Shown piece after piece: positions 47,296 through 59,330 of a DNA stretch of 64,000 nucleotides (position 1 is its first letter; the number at the start of each line of letters is the position of its first letter). Origin of the DNA: Cyanophora paradoxa CCMP329 (taxonomy: Eukaryota; Plantae; Glaucophyta); the NCBI GenBank assembly GCA_004431415.1, contig QPMI01000416.1:372001-436000 (forward strand), written 5' to 3'. The translations under genes and the position numbers were made by a program. The notes below the pieces were generated by a model that was given only the letters and a program-made list of their open reading frames with translations, was not told the DNA's origin and made no database searches.

Positions 47296-48430
47296 AGAAT
47301 GTCTCTTAAACTGCGACGATCCGAGGCGGCTCACCCATCCCGGCGATCTGGGCATCGTCAGCCACGCGCTCGCGCGTCGCTGGCCAAATGCTGTGCTTGG
47401 CAGGCGCACCCGAGGCGACCGCCGATCGGAAGGTTGCGTCGGTCCGCGCGCTCACGCAGCGCCCGGCCAGTCCAGAGTCAGAGGCACTGCGTGAGCATCT
47501 TAGAGGGACGCGCTATGCACCGAAACATGCGAGAGAGCTCCGCCGGCGACCAGTGCCGCATCCGCGGCCGGCCGCGCCGGCGTGCACCTCAACCCTCCAA
47601 ATCGACCGCGGGGCTGTCTGGTAGAGGTACAGCGGATGTGAGTGAGCTGAAACGCAGGCAGAGAACTCGGCACGGCGAAGTCGCCCGGCGCGGGGTTGCG
47701 GACCGGCCGCCGGTCGATCTGCGGTAGATCGGCGCGTCGCTGGACCCGCAGTTACACGCCCGCGTGCTATTAGCTGCCGCGCGCTGCCTGCCGCAAGCAC
47801 CCGCGAAGGTGCCGCAGCGCGAGTAGCGGTGCGCAGCGCCGTCTGCGCCTAGGGCAAGCGAGGGCCGCAAGAGCCGCTGGCAGTCGCTTCTGCGGCCTCG
47901 AAAAGCTGAACTACGTGTACGGCGCGGCCGCCGTGGCGGCCCTGCCGCTGTGAGCCTCGGAAAGCTTTCCAACAGTCGTGTACCCCAAGCTTCGCCCTGG
48001 CCCCTGGCCCCTTGGCCCCTTGGTGCCTTGCTGCAAGCTGCAGGCTCGAAGGAAGGCTGCCGAGCGGACGCGCTCCAATATCAAGCGGCTCGGTTCGTCG
48101 AATCCTCCGGGGTCTCGAATCGCTGCCCGCGTCTCTGACCCCGCTTTTCAAACCAGGCCGAACGGACTTGCTGCCGCCGCAGCGAACTTCGTCGGCTTCT
48201 AGCGCAAACGATGCTCGAAGGTACTTTCTTGCATCCTCTGGCGCCTCTCGCCGCCTGTCGCCCGCCTAATTTCAAACGCACAGCGTTGCTTCAGGGCGGC
48301 TGGCGCCCGGTTGCGGCTGTGAACGCTCACGATCGCATCGCTGTCGACCTCCTTGTTGCCTTTGTTGTCCATTCCTCCCGCGGCTGTCGCCGGTGAGCGT
48401 TCTGCCGCTGACAGGCACGCGCAGAACGTA

Positions 48431-48783
48431 GGTGGCGGCAGCGGAGGCGAAGCAAGGTGCTTTTCGTTTCCTCTCCTTTGATTCAATCCCTCACTCCGCT
48501 GGCGGGCCAGGGAGCGGGCGTGATTGGTCCCCGCGAGCAGAACACCACCGCCCAGTTCGCCCGGCGCCTTCTTCCGCAGGCCAGGTGCTCGCTCTTGTTT
48601 CCACTAAGGTGGCGGCAGCGGAGGCGAAGCAAGGTGCTTTTCGTTTCCTCTCCTTTGATTCAATCCCTCACTCCGCTGGCGGGCCAGGGAGCGGGCGTGA
48701 TTGGTCCCCGCGAGCAGAACACCACCGCCCAGTTCGCCCGGCGCCTTCTTCCGCAGGCCAGGTGCTCGCTCTTGTTTCCACTG
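48431..48783 (+). repeat. 177-bp perfect tandem duplication
   Basis: ggtggcggcagcggaggcgaagcaagg... starts at 48431 and 48608. Confidence 0.9.
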
Positions 48784-50523
48784 CTCGCCCTTTGATCTTG
48801 TTGTAACGCCGGCGGCGTGCGCAGCGCAGCGCGTGCCACTTTCCGGACGTGTGGCCCAGCGGCTGCTGGGATCGGCCTCGGAGTTCATGCTTGCGGCCGC
48901 TCGGGCGTAGGCGCGGTCGTTTGCTGTCGCGCATATTTCTTCTCTTTCGATCCGAGCGCAGCGAGCTCTTCGCCCTCGCCCTCACCGTCGCGGTCGCGGT
49001 CGCAAGCTGCCGGCGCGCCTCGGAGATCATGCTTTCGGCCGCTCGGGCGTAGGTGCGGTCGTTTGCCGGCGCGCACGCTTCTTTTCTTTCGATTGACTCT
49101 CCAAGAGCAGCGAGCGCTTCGCCCTCGCCATGAGCGGACGCGGAGCGATCGCAAGCTGATCTTCTGCCTCCTCCCCTCGCCGAGGTGCATAGCCGCCTGC
49201 GTGCCGGCGTTGCCTCTTTCCATGCGATTCGAGGTCTCGCTAACCAAGTTGCGCATGGCACAGCGAGCGCGGCGAGGTGCAGAACGACCTGGTGCGGGCC
49301 GCATCGCTTCACCCGTTATCCTCCAGCTTCTGACTCGCACATGCTAGTGAATTACTAGTACTACATGTGAATCCCTAGAACCGCTCCCTTCAGCCTGCTC
49401 TTGCTAGGCCCCACACTGCCTCCCGCGGATTTGCTGGAGGCTATCTGTGCTGCCTGATTCAGTGTTGATGTGCAGCCTAAATTTACAGTCTCTAATTCTA
49501 GACTGCGGAGCAACCAGCTGCTACCGAACCCTAACAGAATCGAAGGTTTTGCAACACTCCAAAAGTGCAGATATAGGCAGCGGCAGCAAGCCAGAGAAGC
49601 AGAGCAGAGAGGATCACCGTACCCCCCTCGGTGACCACGCCCGCGCCTACGTATTGCCCCCGGCGACCGACCGACTGTGGCGGCAGCAAGCCAGGGAATT
49701 TTTTCGAAGCAGAGCAGAGAGGATCGCCGTACCCCTTGGGTGTCCACGCCCGCGCCTACGTATATATATATACGTATTTGGCCCCCGGCGACTGACCGAC
49801 TATAGCTAGCTGTGGCGGCAGCAAGCCAGAGAAGCAGAGCAGAGAGGATCGCCGTACCCCTTGGGTGTCCACGCCCGCGCCTACGTACGCGTATCGCCCC
49901 CGGCGACCGACCGACCGTGGGGGCAGTAAACCAGAGAAGCAGAGCAGAGAAGAATACGCTGCGGGGTACGGGGCCGAGGTAAGCTCCGCACTGTACCCCC
50001 GCCGAGGCGCCCCTCGCTGACCGGAATGATGCCAGGCCGACCCCCTACGGCGCGGTGGGCCGTGGATTGGCCTTCCCCGCCCCTAGACCCTTCCCTCCCC
50101 GCCCCGACCCCCTCCCGCCATCCAGCGCGCCGTTCTCACGAATAAAAACATGCGAATCGCGTGCTATTCACTCGCAGAGACAGGGGCGGGGGCGGGTTCG
50201 GAAACAGGGGACGGGGCGGGTGGTGCGGCGAGGCCGGGAAGCTCGACCTTGACACCAAAATGATGAAAGGTCGAGAGAGGCACGGAGAGAAGCGCGATGC
50301 AGCCGATGAATCGAGCAGAAGAGAAAGCGCTAGCTCGCTAGAACTGCATATCCTGCCTTGAGCTGATATGTACAAAATGCAATTATGTGCTGGGGAGGTA
50401 CGGGGAAGCCGGCGGCAATGGGGCCGCGGGGTCCGGGCAGGAAGGTCGGGCAGTGAACGGCGAGGCGGGGCGTGCGTGGCGAGGGACTGGGCTGCGCGAG
50501 CATGGCGGTCCCGGAGGGCCAGC

Positions 50524-51469
50524 TTACTGCGGCCCCTCCCCTCCTGCGCCAGCCTTCCGCCTGGACGCGGATATGTCAACAGGGATCAGGTACCAAGCAA
50601 ACAGCACACACGGGATTGAGATTGAGACGAGTCCCGACTGCACGGAGAACAGAGCCGAGAGAAGCGTGATGACGAAAGCGAGAATCTGCGTTGATTTGAG
50701 CGCCATCCGCGACCGATCGCGCGCAAGCTGCAGAGGACCAACCTGCCAGAGCGTGACAGCCATCCCGATCTTGGACTTCACGGCCTCGACCTCGACCTTC
50801 ATGGCGCCGATCTTGTTGTCCAGTCCCCCAATCTTGTTGTCCAGTCCCCCGATCTCGGTCTTCATGCTGCCAACCTCGGCGCCGATCTTGTTGTTCAGGC
50901 CCCCGATCTCGGTCTTCATGCTGCCAACCTCGGCGCCGATCTTGTTGTTCAGGCCCCCGATCTCGGTCTTCATGCTGCCAACCTCGGTCTTGACGCTGCC
51001 AACCTCGGTCTTGATGCTGCCAACCTCGCTGGCCATGTTGTTCATGCTGGTCTGCAGCCCACGGACCGCATCCAAGAGCTCGCGAGTCGTGTGCTGCGCC
51101 GATGCGAATATGCTCTGCGTGCGCGCATCAGACTAACGAGCGCGAGAATCGGGCGCTTCCGGCTGCCGACCTTAGACAAGCGCCTTGCGCGCTCCTGCGG
51201 ATTCTCGGCCGCCAACGCGTTCTCAATGTCGAGGATATGGTCGATCGCTGCACGACCGCAAGCGCTCAGCGGAAAAACGAGGCCCCGGATGCGGCGCGAA
51301 TGCGCTCCGAACCTTCGTCGGGCGAATGGTTGCGTGGGGCGCTGGTGAAGATAGCCCGCGTGCTGACGAGCTTGCAGAATGGTCCGCGGCGAGCAGCAGC
51401 GGCCGCCGGTCTCAGGGCAAGCGTGCGGGTGGAGAAAGCGCCGAAGAACAACATCGTCGGCGCTGCCAT
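50524..51469 (-). CDS. Coiled-coil/TM protein, copy 2, with one extra heptad
   Basis: Near-identical to 41516-42440, with an added in-frame GGLDNKI unit. Confidence 0.6.
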
Positions 51470-52257
51470 TTGGATCAACACAGATGCTGAGGTTGGGATC
51501 CTAACCCGGCAATGGCGAATACCCTTCCCGAGGCCCGGAATGCCGCGCGAGCGGCCGCAGGAAGCACGCGCGCACCTGGGAAGGGCCTCGGGCGGTCGGA
51601 GCGGCGGGCGCCCCGAGAGTGTTGCGCGAAGTCTCCGGTCGACTGGCGCAGGAGCCCGCTTTTATAGGGCCGGGTTTTTCCTATTTCGACCGAAGATGCG
51701 AGAGGAGAGAGCCGCGGGAGGGAGAGGAAGCCTGGGGAAGCCTCGGGAAGCTTCTGCTGTATGCAAAAGGCTCAAGAGGAGACGGAGCTAGGCGCAGGGA
51801 GGCCGGACAAGGGCGGTTCAACCGCGGTTGTCCCTGCGGGGTACGCTGACTTCGCTGGCTGCACGTTTCGAGCGCGCTGTCGACCTGCTGTCCAGCATCA
51901 TCGCGCGCGTGCACGCTGCCCGTGCGGCCAGCCCTCAAGCAGGACCTCAAGCGGAGGCTGCGGATGGGGACCTAACCTCGATGTTCGACGTCAGCTCGCT
52001 TCTGCGGCGCGTTGGCGGGCGTTTCTCCAGCGCTAAGCATGCGGTGGCTTTGCTCGTCCCGCGAAACCGGTCCCCCGAGCGGCCCCAGCTGCAGCGCCTT
52101 CCAACTCGTCCCAGGCAGCCTGGCGCTCGGTTTCGCCGTCGAATCGCGCGCTTACCGCCCGCAGCGGGCTCTGGGAGTGGCCATGAGTCGACAAGCCCGT
52201 CGGAAACGTCTGAGCGACTCGGCCAGCGCCCGTCCGCCCCGCTCCCTCGGATGCTCG

Positions 52258-55200
52258 CGTGGGTCGCCGGCGGCTCTGTCGATGACTTCTTTGGGGCTCT
52301 CAAGCCGAAGCTTAAGGCGAAGCGTGCGCACGATCGGCGCGTACGCATTCCGCTGCGGTGCACGTGACCACTGACGTGGCCGCGGCGCGCGGGGCAGCGA
52401 CGGGCCTCGCGGCGACGCTGCCGGCGCTCGTTCCGGGCGACGATATCGACGCGACGGACGGCGGCGGCGATCCGCGGCTCGTCGTACTCAAAGGGAACGC
52501 GCTCACGCTGGACTACAAGGCGCGATCCACCCGACCCCTCACTGGCGCATCCGCTCGCTAATTGCAGGGCCTCGCTCGCTCGCTCGCGCAGGTCATGGTC
52601 AGCGCCCCGCAGACCGCGCGCGGCGAGCTGCAGCGCATTCTGGACGGCGTCTTTGAGGAGGTACGGCCGGGGCGGGGCCCCCACCGGACCGGACCGGACC
52701 GCGCCGGCGCCGGCGCTCATTCCACGGCCCGCGGCCGTCCCGTCCCGTCTCGCAGATCGATCGCGTCTTCAACAACTGGAACCCCGCGTCCGAGGCGCGC
52801 GCGCCGCCCTTCATCTTTTGATACTGATAAAGCGATGCCATAAGTAACCAAAGGGGTTATATGATACTTGAACTCTGTTACTTGTTATTTGATAACAACA
52901 TCGGCGTATCTTAACCCTTGGATGCGATATTATAGTCGTCATCCTCTTCCCGCCCCGTCCTCCTCCTCGTCTGACCTCCCGCCTCAGATCTCCCGCCTCA
53001 ACGGCGCCCCGGCCGGCTCCCCGGTCCAGCTCTCCCAGCCGCTGGCCCAGCTTCTCTTCCTCTGCCGAGATCTCAACAGGGTATCCGCCCCCCCCGCGCC
53101 AGCCGCCGGCGTCGGCGCCGGCGCCCCCGGCTACATACTTACCTACCCCTCACTCACTCACCCACCCCCGCCAGATGACGGAGGGCCGGTTCGACCCGAC
53201 GATCGGACCGCTCCGCAAGACGTGGATCGAGAAGCTGCGCCAGGGGGCCAAGCCAACGGTCGACGAGGCCCGCGCCGCAGCCGCCCTCGTCGGCATGTCC
53301 AAGGCCCGTCCGTATTCTCTCATAAAAAGCTAGAATAGAATGCGCCAATCCGAGCCGAACCCGGGTCGTCGTTTGCTCAGGTCTCGATCTCGCCGGAAGG
53401 CGTCGTCACCAAGTCCGCCCAGGGAGTCACTTTCGACCTCTGCGCCATCTCCAAGGCGCGCCCCGATTTGACTAATCTATCTATCTATGTTATCTGTCTA
53501 TCTGAAGATATGTCTATCTGCTTTAGGGCCTGGCGGTGGACATGCTCGTCGAGCGCCTCGCGGCCGCCGGCTTCGCCGACTGCTACGTCGACTGGGCCGG
53601 CGACATCCGCGCTGCCGGGCGCCACCCCGCCGGTCCGCCGCGCATTCCTCCCTCCTGCCCCCGCCCTGCCCCGCCTCGCCCTGCCCCGCCTCGCCCTGCC
53701 CCGCCCCCTATTTCCGAGCTAAATGGAAGAGCGGCTCAATAATAATCGCGGTTCGGCTCCGAATCTTCGCTGGCTTCCTCCTTATCAGTTTCCTCCTTAC
53801 GTTTCCTCCGCTTGGATTCTTTCGCTCGATTTCACTGACGAGAGCGGGCGGGCGCAGGGCGGGACTGGCGGACGGCGGTGGCGTGCCCCCCGCTAAATGG
53901 AAGAGCGGCTCAATAATAATCGCGGTTCGGCTCCGAATCTTCGCTGGCTTCCTCCTTATCAGTTTCCTCCTTACGTTTCCTCCGCTTGGATTCTTTCGCT
54001 CGATTTCACTGACGAGAGCGGGCGGGCGCAGGGCGGGACTGGCGGACGGCGGTGGCGTGCCCCCCCGAGCTCGCCAACATCTTCGAGTCCTGGAAGGTCG
54101 GCTTCCCGTTCAATATAATAGGTCCTAATATAAGCTTCTAAGCTTCTAAGGTCCTAATATAAGCTTCTAAGCTTCTAAGGTCCTAATATAAGCTTCTAAG
54201 GTCCTAGTACAAGCTTCTAAGCTTCTAAGGTCCTAATATAAGCTTCTGAGCTTCTGCCAAGCTTTCTGTTGTGCTCTATTCCGTTTCTCCGGGTTCTGTT
54301 CTAACCCACCGCCCCTCTTCTTCTCCCCTCGCTCGCGCAGGGCCGCCCGGGGGGCTGGTCGGACCGCCGCATGCTCGCGGACCTGCCGCTGCAGGGGAGC
54401 GCCGCCGCCACCTCGGGCGACTACTTCCAGGTGGGCGGAGGCTTAGGGGCAGAGGCTTGGGCGAATCATAAGCTGGAATGGACGATAGACAGATGGATAT
54501 ATAGATAGATGGATAGATAAAAAGTCGCCGCCGCCACATCGGGCGACTACTTCCAGGTGGGCAGAGGCTGAGCCTAATTAAGTATAAGCTGTAGCTGACG
54601 GACGATAACTGGCGACTTAAGGCTGTTACGATAACTGGCGCGGGTCGACGTCTCTAGGATCGCTTCTAAGATCGCCGGAGCGCTCCGCCCCCCGCCTCTT
54701 CTGACGCCCCCCCACTCAGATCTACAAGTTCGGGTACTTCCACATCTTCGACCCACGGCGCGGGGCGGCGATGAAGGCCACCGCCAAGTCCCTCGCCTCC
54801 GCCACCGTGCGCGGCGCCCCCGTTTGAGGCTCTTATTATAGGCTGTTACAAGATATTATAAGCTACTATATATATATATAAGCTATAGGCGAGATCGGTT
54901 CGAGGGGGGTACGGAAAAAAGCACGTCGCGCGAGCGAGTAGGCCGGCGCAGCGGGGCTCCCGGACATCCGGTGCCTGCGAGCGCTGCAGGGACACAGCCG
55001 TGCCCAAAACTCGCGCCAGCGTCGCCCTCCGACCCCGAACCACCGAACTAGCTCAGTAGGCCAGCCCGACCGCAGCGTTCAGCCGCAACGTCCTTTTCGC
55101 TCTCCGGACACGCCTTTGGCGCCCTCCTTCGCGCTCCCAGACCGGCCGTTGCCGGCCGATGGTCTCCCGCCGCCACTTCGAATGTGGCGGGACTCGCCCG

Positions 55201-58200
55201 CGCCCTGCGCCCCGCCCAGCTAGCCGGACAGCGACAGCGACCTTGCTCAACATCCCCGGACTGCAGCCCTCGCGCGCGCGCCTCGCCCACACGTACCACC
55301 GCGACTCATCCCGCTGGCCGCAGAGCTCACGCCCGGCACTCGAAGCTGCGAGTCGACTCCGAACGCTCAAATCCGCAGGGAAGTGCCCTGCACACAGCGT
55401 GCCACCGCCGCGCACTCGCCCTTGCTCCCACACTAGGCAAGCCAGGCCTGACCCGTTTCCGCATGCGCAGCGGCGCGCCCTCGGCACAGTACACGCCTGT
55501 CCATCGACATTCCGACACACTGGCTTCCGCCCGCCTTCGACGCCGACTCCCCGCCCTCCGCCGCGACCGATAGAGCCCGCCATGGCCATCCCGTCCCACG
55601 GCCCGGGCCACTAGGGCTGCAGGAGCTGATGGCGACCTCCCCCGCGGGGTCCGAGCCTGAGGGGTTCCGCCCGCCCGAGGCCTCTGGCCCCCCCGCCCCC
55701 CCGCCAACGCCCCCCAAGAAGCTGAAGCGGCCTCCCCTGCCACCGCTGCCCCCCCAGCGAATCGCCGGCCACCCCCGTCGCCTGCCCGATCCCTCTCAAC
55801 AATGGCACGCCGCCCAAGGTCCCCGTCGGCTCCGCCCCAAGACCCCCCCGGCCGCCCTGTGCGCACCGCGTACCCCCCCCCAAGCCCCCCGCACGTGTAC
55901 CCCACGTCTAGGCCCCCGTGGCCCCCGCCCCTACCACGACCCCCCCCCCCCCCCGCAAAGCCCCCCCCGCCCGGCGCCGTGCCCACTCCCCCCCCCCCCC
56001 TACGACCCCTCACCCGGCCATGCCACGACCCTCCCCACGCCCCGGCCCCCCCAAGCCCCCCACGCCCCTGCCCGACCCGCGGCCCTCCGCCACCTGCGAC
56101 CCCCCCACTAAGCCCCACCCCCCCCCCGTCACTGGCGCCCCCCCCCCCCCCCCCCGGGAGGCGCCGGCCTGAAGGCAGTTTAGGGTAGGTTCCAGCCCTA
56201 CTAGCTACGATTGACTGGGCGCGGGGGATGCCAGCGCTCCGGTCTCATCATGTGGCTCTTCTAAACCAATACAAAACTGCCCCCCTGGGGCTTTCTGGGA
56301 AAAAAATAAGCTATAGGCTCTTACTTAGATCAGGCTCTAAGCTTTCTTAGGCTCGACCGCCAAGTCCCTCGCCTCCGCCACCGCGCGCCCCGAGATTAGA
56401 TTTGAAGCTTTCCTCTATAGAGAGCTTTAGATCTAGAAAGCTAGGCCACCACAAAGCCTCCGCCTCCGCCACCGTGCGACCGCCCCCGCCCCGAGGCTTC
56501 TTGCTTTAAGCCTTCCTAAGCTCTAGATTCTTTAATTTGCTTCCCCTCCCCCCCTCCCCCAAGCTAGTTCCGTACGTAACACCCCCCCTCCCCGGCTCTT
56601 CGATCCTGCTGACCTCGAGCGTCCTTGCTGACCATGACCTCCTCGCGGGGCAGGTGGTGGCGGGGAGCTGCGCGCTGGCGGACGCCCTCGCGACGGCCGT
56701 CATGACCTGCGAGAGCGACGCCGCCGCCAGGGCCCTGTTCCTTTACTTAAAAAGGCTTAGAGGGATATAGCTATTGCCTAGCTCGCCCTGCCGCTTTAGA
56801 AGGCTTAGATCTAGATGGCTTAGAAGCTTAGAGAGCGACGCCGCCGCCAGCTGCAGGGCCCTCCTCGACTCTGTGCGCCTATGGCTTTAGATGGCTAGCT
56901 AGATTGCTATGGTGTAGCTATGCGCCCCTTTAGAAGCTTGAAAAGGTTTGGCTGTTAGGAGCATTCTGTTAGGCCCTCCTCAACAGCGTGCGCGCGCCTG
57001 TTCTCTGCCTAAGCTTCTCTCGCAAGGCCGAGCCGCGCGCCTTGCTTCTGAGCTTCTAGGCTTCTATCGAGCACTGCAGCCCTCCGGACGTAACCGTATC
57101 CCCCGCTCTGCGCAGGTGCGGGCTCAGATGCCGGGCCGCGTGCACGGATACGTCCTCTACTCGCGCTCCTCGACCGCCGTCCTGCAGAGCCTCGAGGCCC
57201 CTGCGCCCTCCCAGGTCAGCCGAACGAACGAGCCAACTCCACACCTGCCCACCTCTTTGCATCTATCTAACGCGGGCGCGCTCGCTTGCTTTCGCCCGCG
57301 CAGTCCGCGGCCTCGCCGGCTTCGCCGCCTCGCCTCGGCCCCGCGGCCCCGGCCCCGGCCCCGGTCTCGGGCGACCAGCTGCGGGACCTGATGCGCTGCA
57401 TCCCGCTGCCCGTCGCCGTCGTCGCCGCCCCGCCCTCCCAGGTCCGCCCGCCTTGTCCTAGATCTAAAGATCTAGAGAGAAGAAAAAGAGCTGATAGTTT
57501 TACTGAGAGTCCAGCCTGACCTATCAGCTCCGCTCACTCCCCTACCGCGCAGGCGGCCGGGGCATCCCTTCGGGATCACGGCCAACTCGCTGGCGGCGGC
57601 CTCGACGGACCCGCCCCTCGTCTCGTTCAACGTCATGCGCGGCTCCGTCATGCACGCCGTCCTCACGGAGCAGGTCCGGATCGGAAATTCGCTGAAATCT
57701 GTACACGAGTTCTTAAGATCTGGAGAGAAGCCTGGATTCTAGAAGCCTAAGTTCGCACAAAGAAATGCCATCTATCTACAAGACTCCTAGAATAGAAGAG
57801 AGAGCTCGCAGACGAATTAGTTCCCGTCTCTGATCGGCCGCCCCTTGTCGCTGGCAGAGGGGCGCCCCGCTGCCGCTGGCGGTGCACCTCCTGGGCGCGG
57901 GGCAGGCGGACATCGCCTCGCGCTTCACCGGTGCGCCCGCCCGTCTCCGAACTTCGGAAACTGTCGCCCGCCCGCCCGTTCGCTCGTTCTTTGCTTCCTT
58001 AGGCGATTTAATATGGAATCCGGAATGGCCGCTTCGCCCCCGCCCCCCGCCCGCGGCCATCGCCGCCACCCCCCCCTCCCCCCCCCCGCCCCCCCCGTCC
58101 CCTCCTCGCTCGCCGCTTCTTTAGCTTTAAACAAACGAACGAAGAAGCGCCTGACGCCGGCGCTTGCTTTTGTGCGCGGCAGGCCCAACCAGGCCGGCCT

Positions 58201-59330
58201 CCGCACGCAGTTCGACGGCCTCGACTGCCAGACCGACCCGCCACCGGTGCGCCCCGCCCGGCCCGCCCGGCCCGACCTGGCCCGCCAAACCCGAGCCCGG
58301 CCCCGACCCGACCCGACCGACCCGACCGCTTATCATCTCTCTCCGCTTATCCTAGCTCTCTCTTTCGCCCCGGCCCGCCCGCCCACCCGCCCGCCCGACT
58401 TGAGCCCGCCTAAGCGCGTTCCGCCGCCAAGCGCCCGACCCCATATCTACCTTATTCTCCAAGCTCGACTTAAGCTCGCTTCATCTTCGCTTATCCGAGG
58501 TCATCTAATCTAATCTCTTTCTCGGCAGGCATCCCGACGATCCAGGGCTGCTTCGCCGTCCTCCGCTGCGCCGTCGAGCAGGTCATCGCCTCCGGTGCGC
58601 CGCCTGTTAGTGAAGACAGCCGCCCGCTCCGCCCGCCCCCGCCCCCCGCTTCGCCTTCCTTAGTCCTCTCTGCCGAGCGCCGCCCCCCGCCCCCAGCCCC
58701 CCGCCCCCCTCCGCCTTCCTTCCGACCGCTCTTATTATAATACTCTGCTCAAATACTCGAACTATTATACTCTAATGGCGGCGCCTCCGGTGCGCCGCCC
58801 GCCGCCTGCCGCCCCTGCCCGCTTCCCCCTTCGACTGTTAGCGTTCTTATATTGAGTTTCGTTATAATTAGCGCCTTCCGATTCTTCTAATGGATTCGGA
58901 TTTAGACTGTTAGACTGTTAGCGTTACGACTTGTTGGCGCCTTCCGACTCCTCTAATGGATTCTCTCGTGACCAGGCGACCTCGCTCTTACAATACTTTA
59001 TTTGATTCTCTTAACATTAAATACCCCGACTTCCTTCGCCGCCTATCGATCTTCTAATGGATTCTTTCCGGCTGTTCTAATGGATTCTCTCGTGATCGAT
59101 ATCAGGCGACCACGCGCTGGTCACGGCCCGCGTCCTCTCGGCCGAGCGCCGCCCCGCCGGACCCGACGCTGCTTCGGCCTTCCCCGCCGTCTGGTACAAC
59201 CGCGCCTGCCGCGCCCCGGCGCCCCTCCTCGACGCTTCGAATTCCGGCCCGGCGCCGGCCCCGCTCCCCAACGGTGTCGTACCCTTCGGTCGCCTACGTA
59301 TACTGTGTCGACGTCCTCCCTTGAGAGAGT
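52258..59330 (+). pseudogene. apbE: Truncated paralog of the ApbE/flavin-reductase gene
   Basis: Begins abruptly mid-exon (WVAGGSVDDFFG), fused to duplicated segment B; lacks the start exons; exon at about 56735 is disrupted; about 370 bp encoding the second reductase-like domain is deleted at about 59290; homopolymer frameshifts. Confidence 0.8.
54891..56305 (+). mobile_element. Non-autonomous non-LTR retroposon (1.4 kb) in an intron
   Basis: Absent from the paralogous intron (about 36720-36850); flanked by the 13-bp TSD ATAAGCTATAGGC (54878-54890 and 56306-56318); ends in a short A-tail; no RT motifs. Confidence 0.8.

Larger units (their letters stand above)
45440..49340 (-). mobile_element. 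Possible heavily decayed non-LTR retroelement relic
   Basis: Intron-less, stop-interrupted frames (e.g. RRQRMQESTFEHRLR*KPTKFAAAAASPFGLV*KAG...) weakly resembling the LINE pre-RT region; internal duplications; no diagnostic RT motif. Confidence 0.2.

Noticed and set aside
46117-47727. 536-aa ORF
   Set aside because: Produced by a stop-poor GC minisatellite that is open in several frames on both strands.
54891-54990. tRNA-derived SINE head or HDV-like ribozyme at the retroposon 5' end
   Set aside because: GGTTCGA lacks an upstream A-box and cloverleaf; GGCCGGC lacks the HDV pseudoknot partners.
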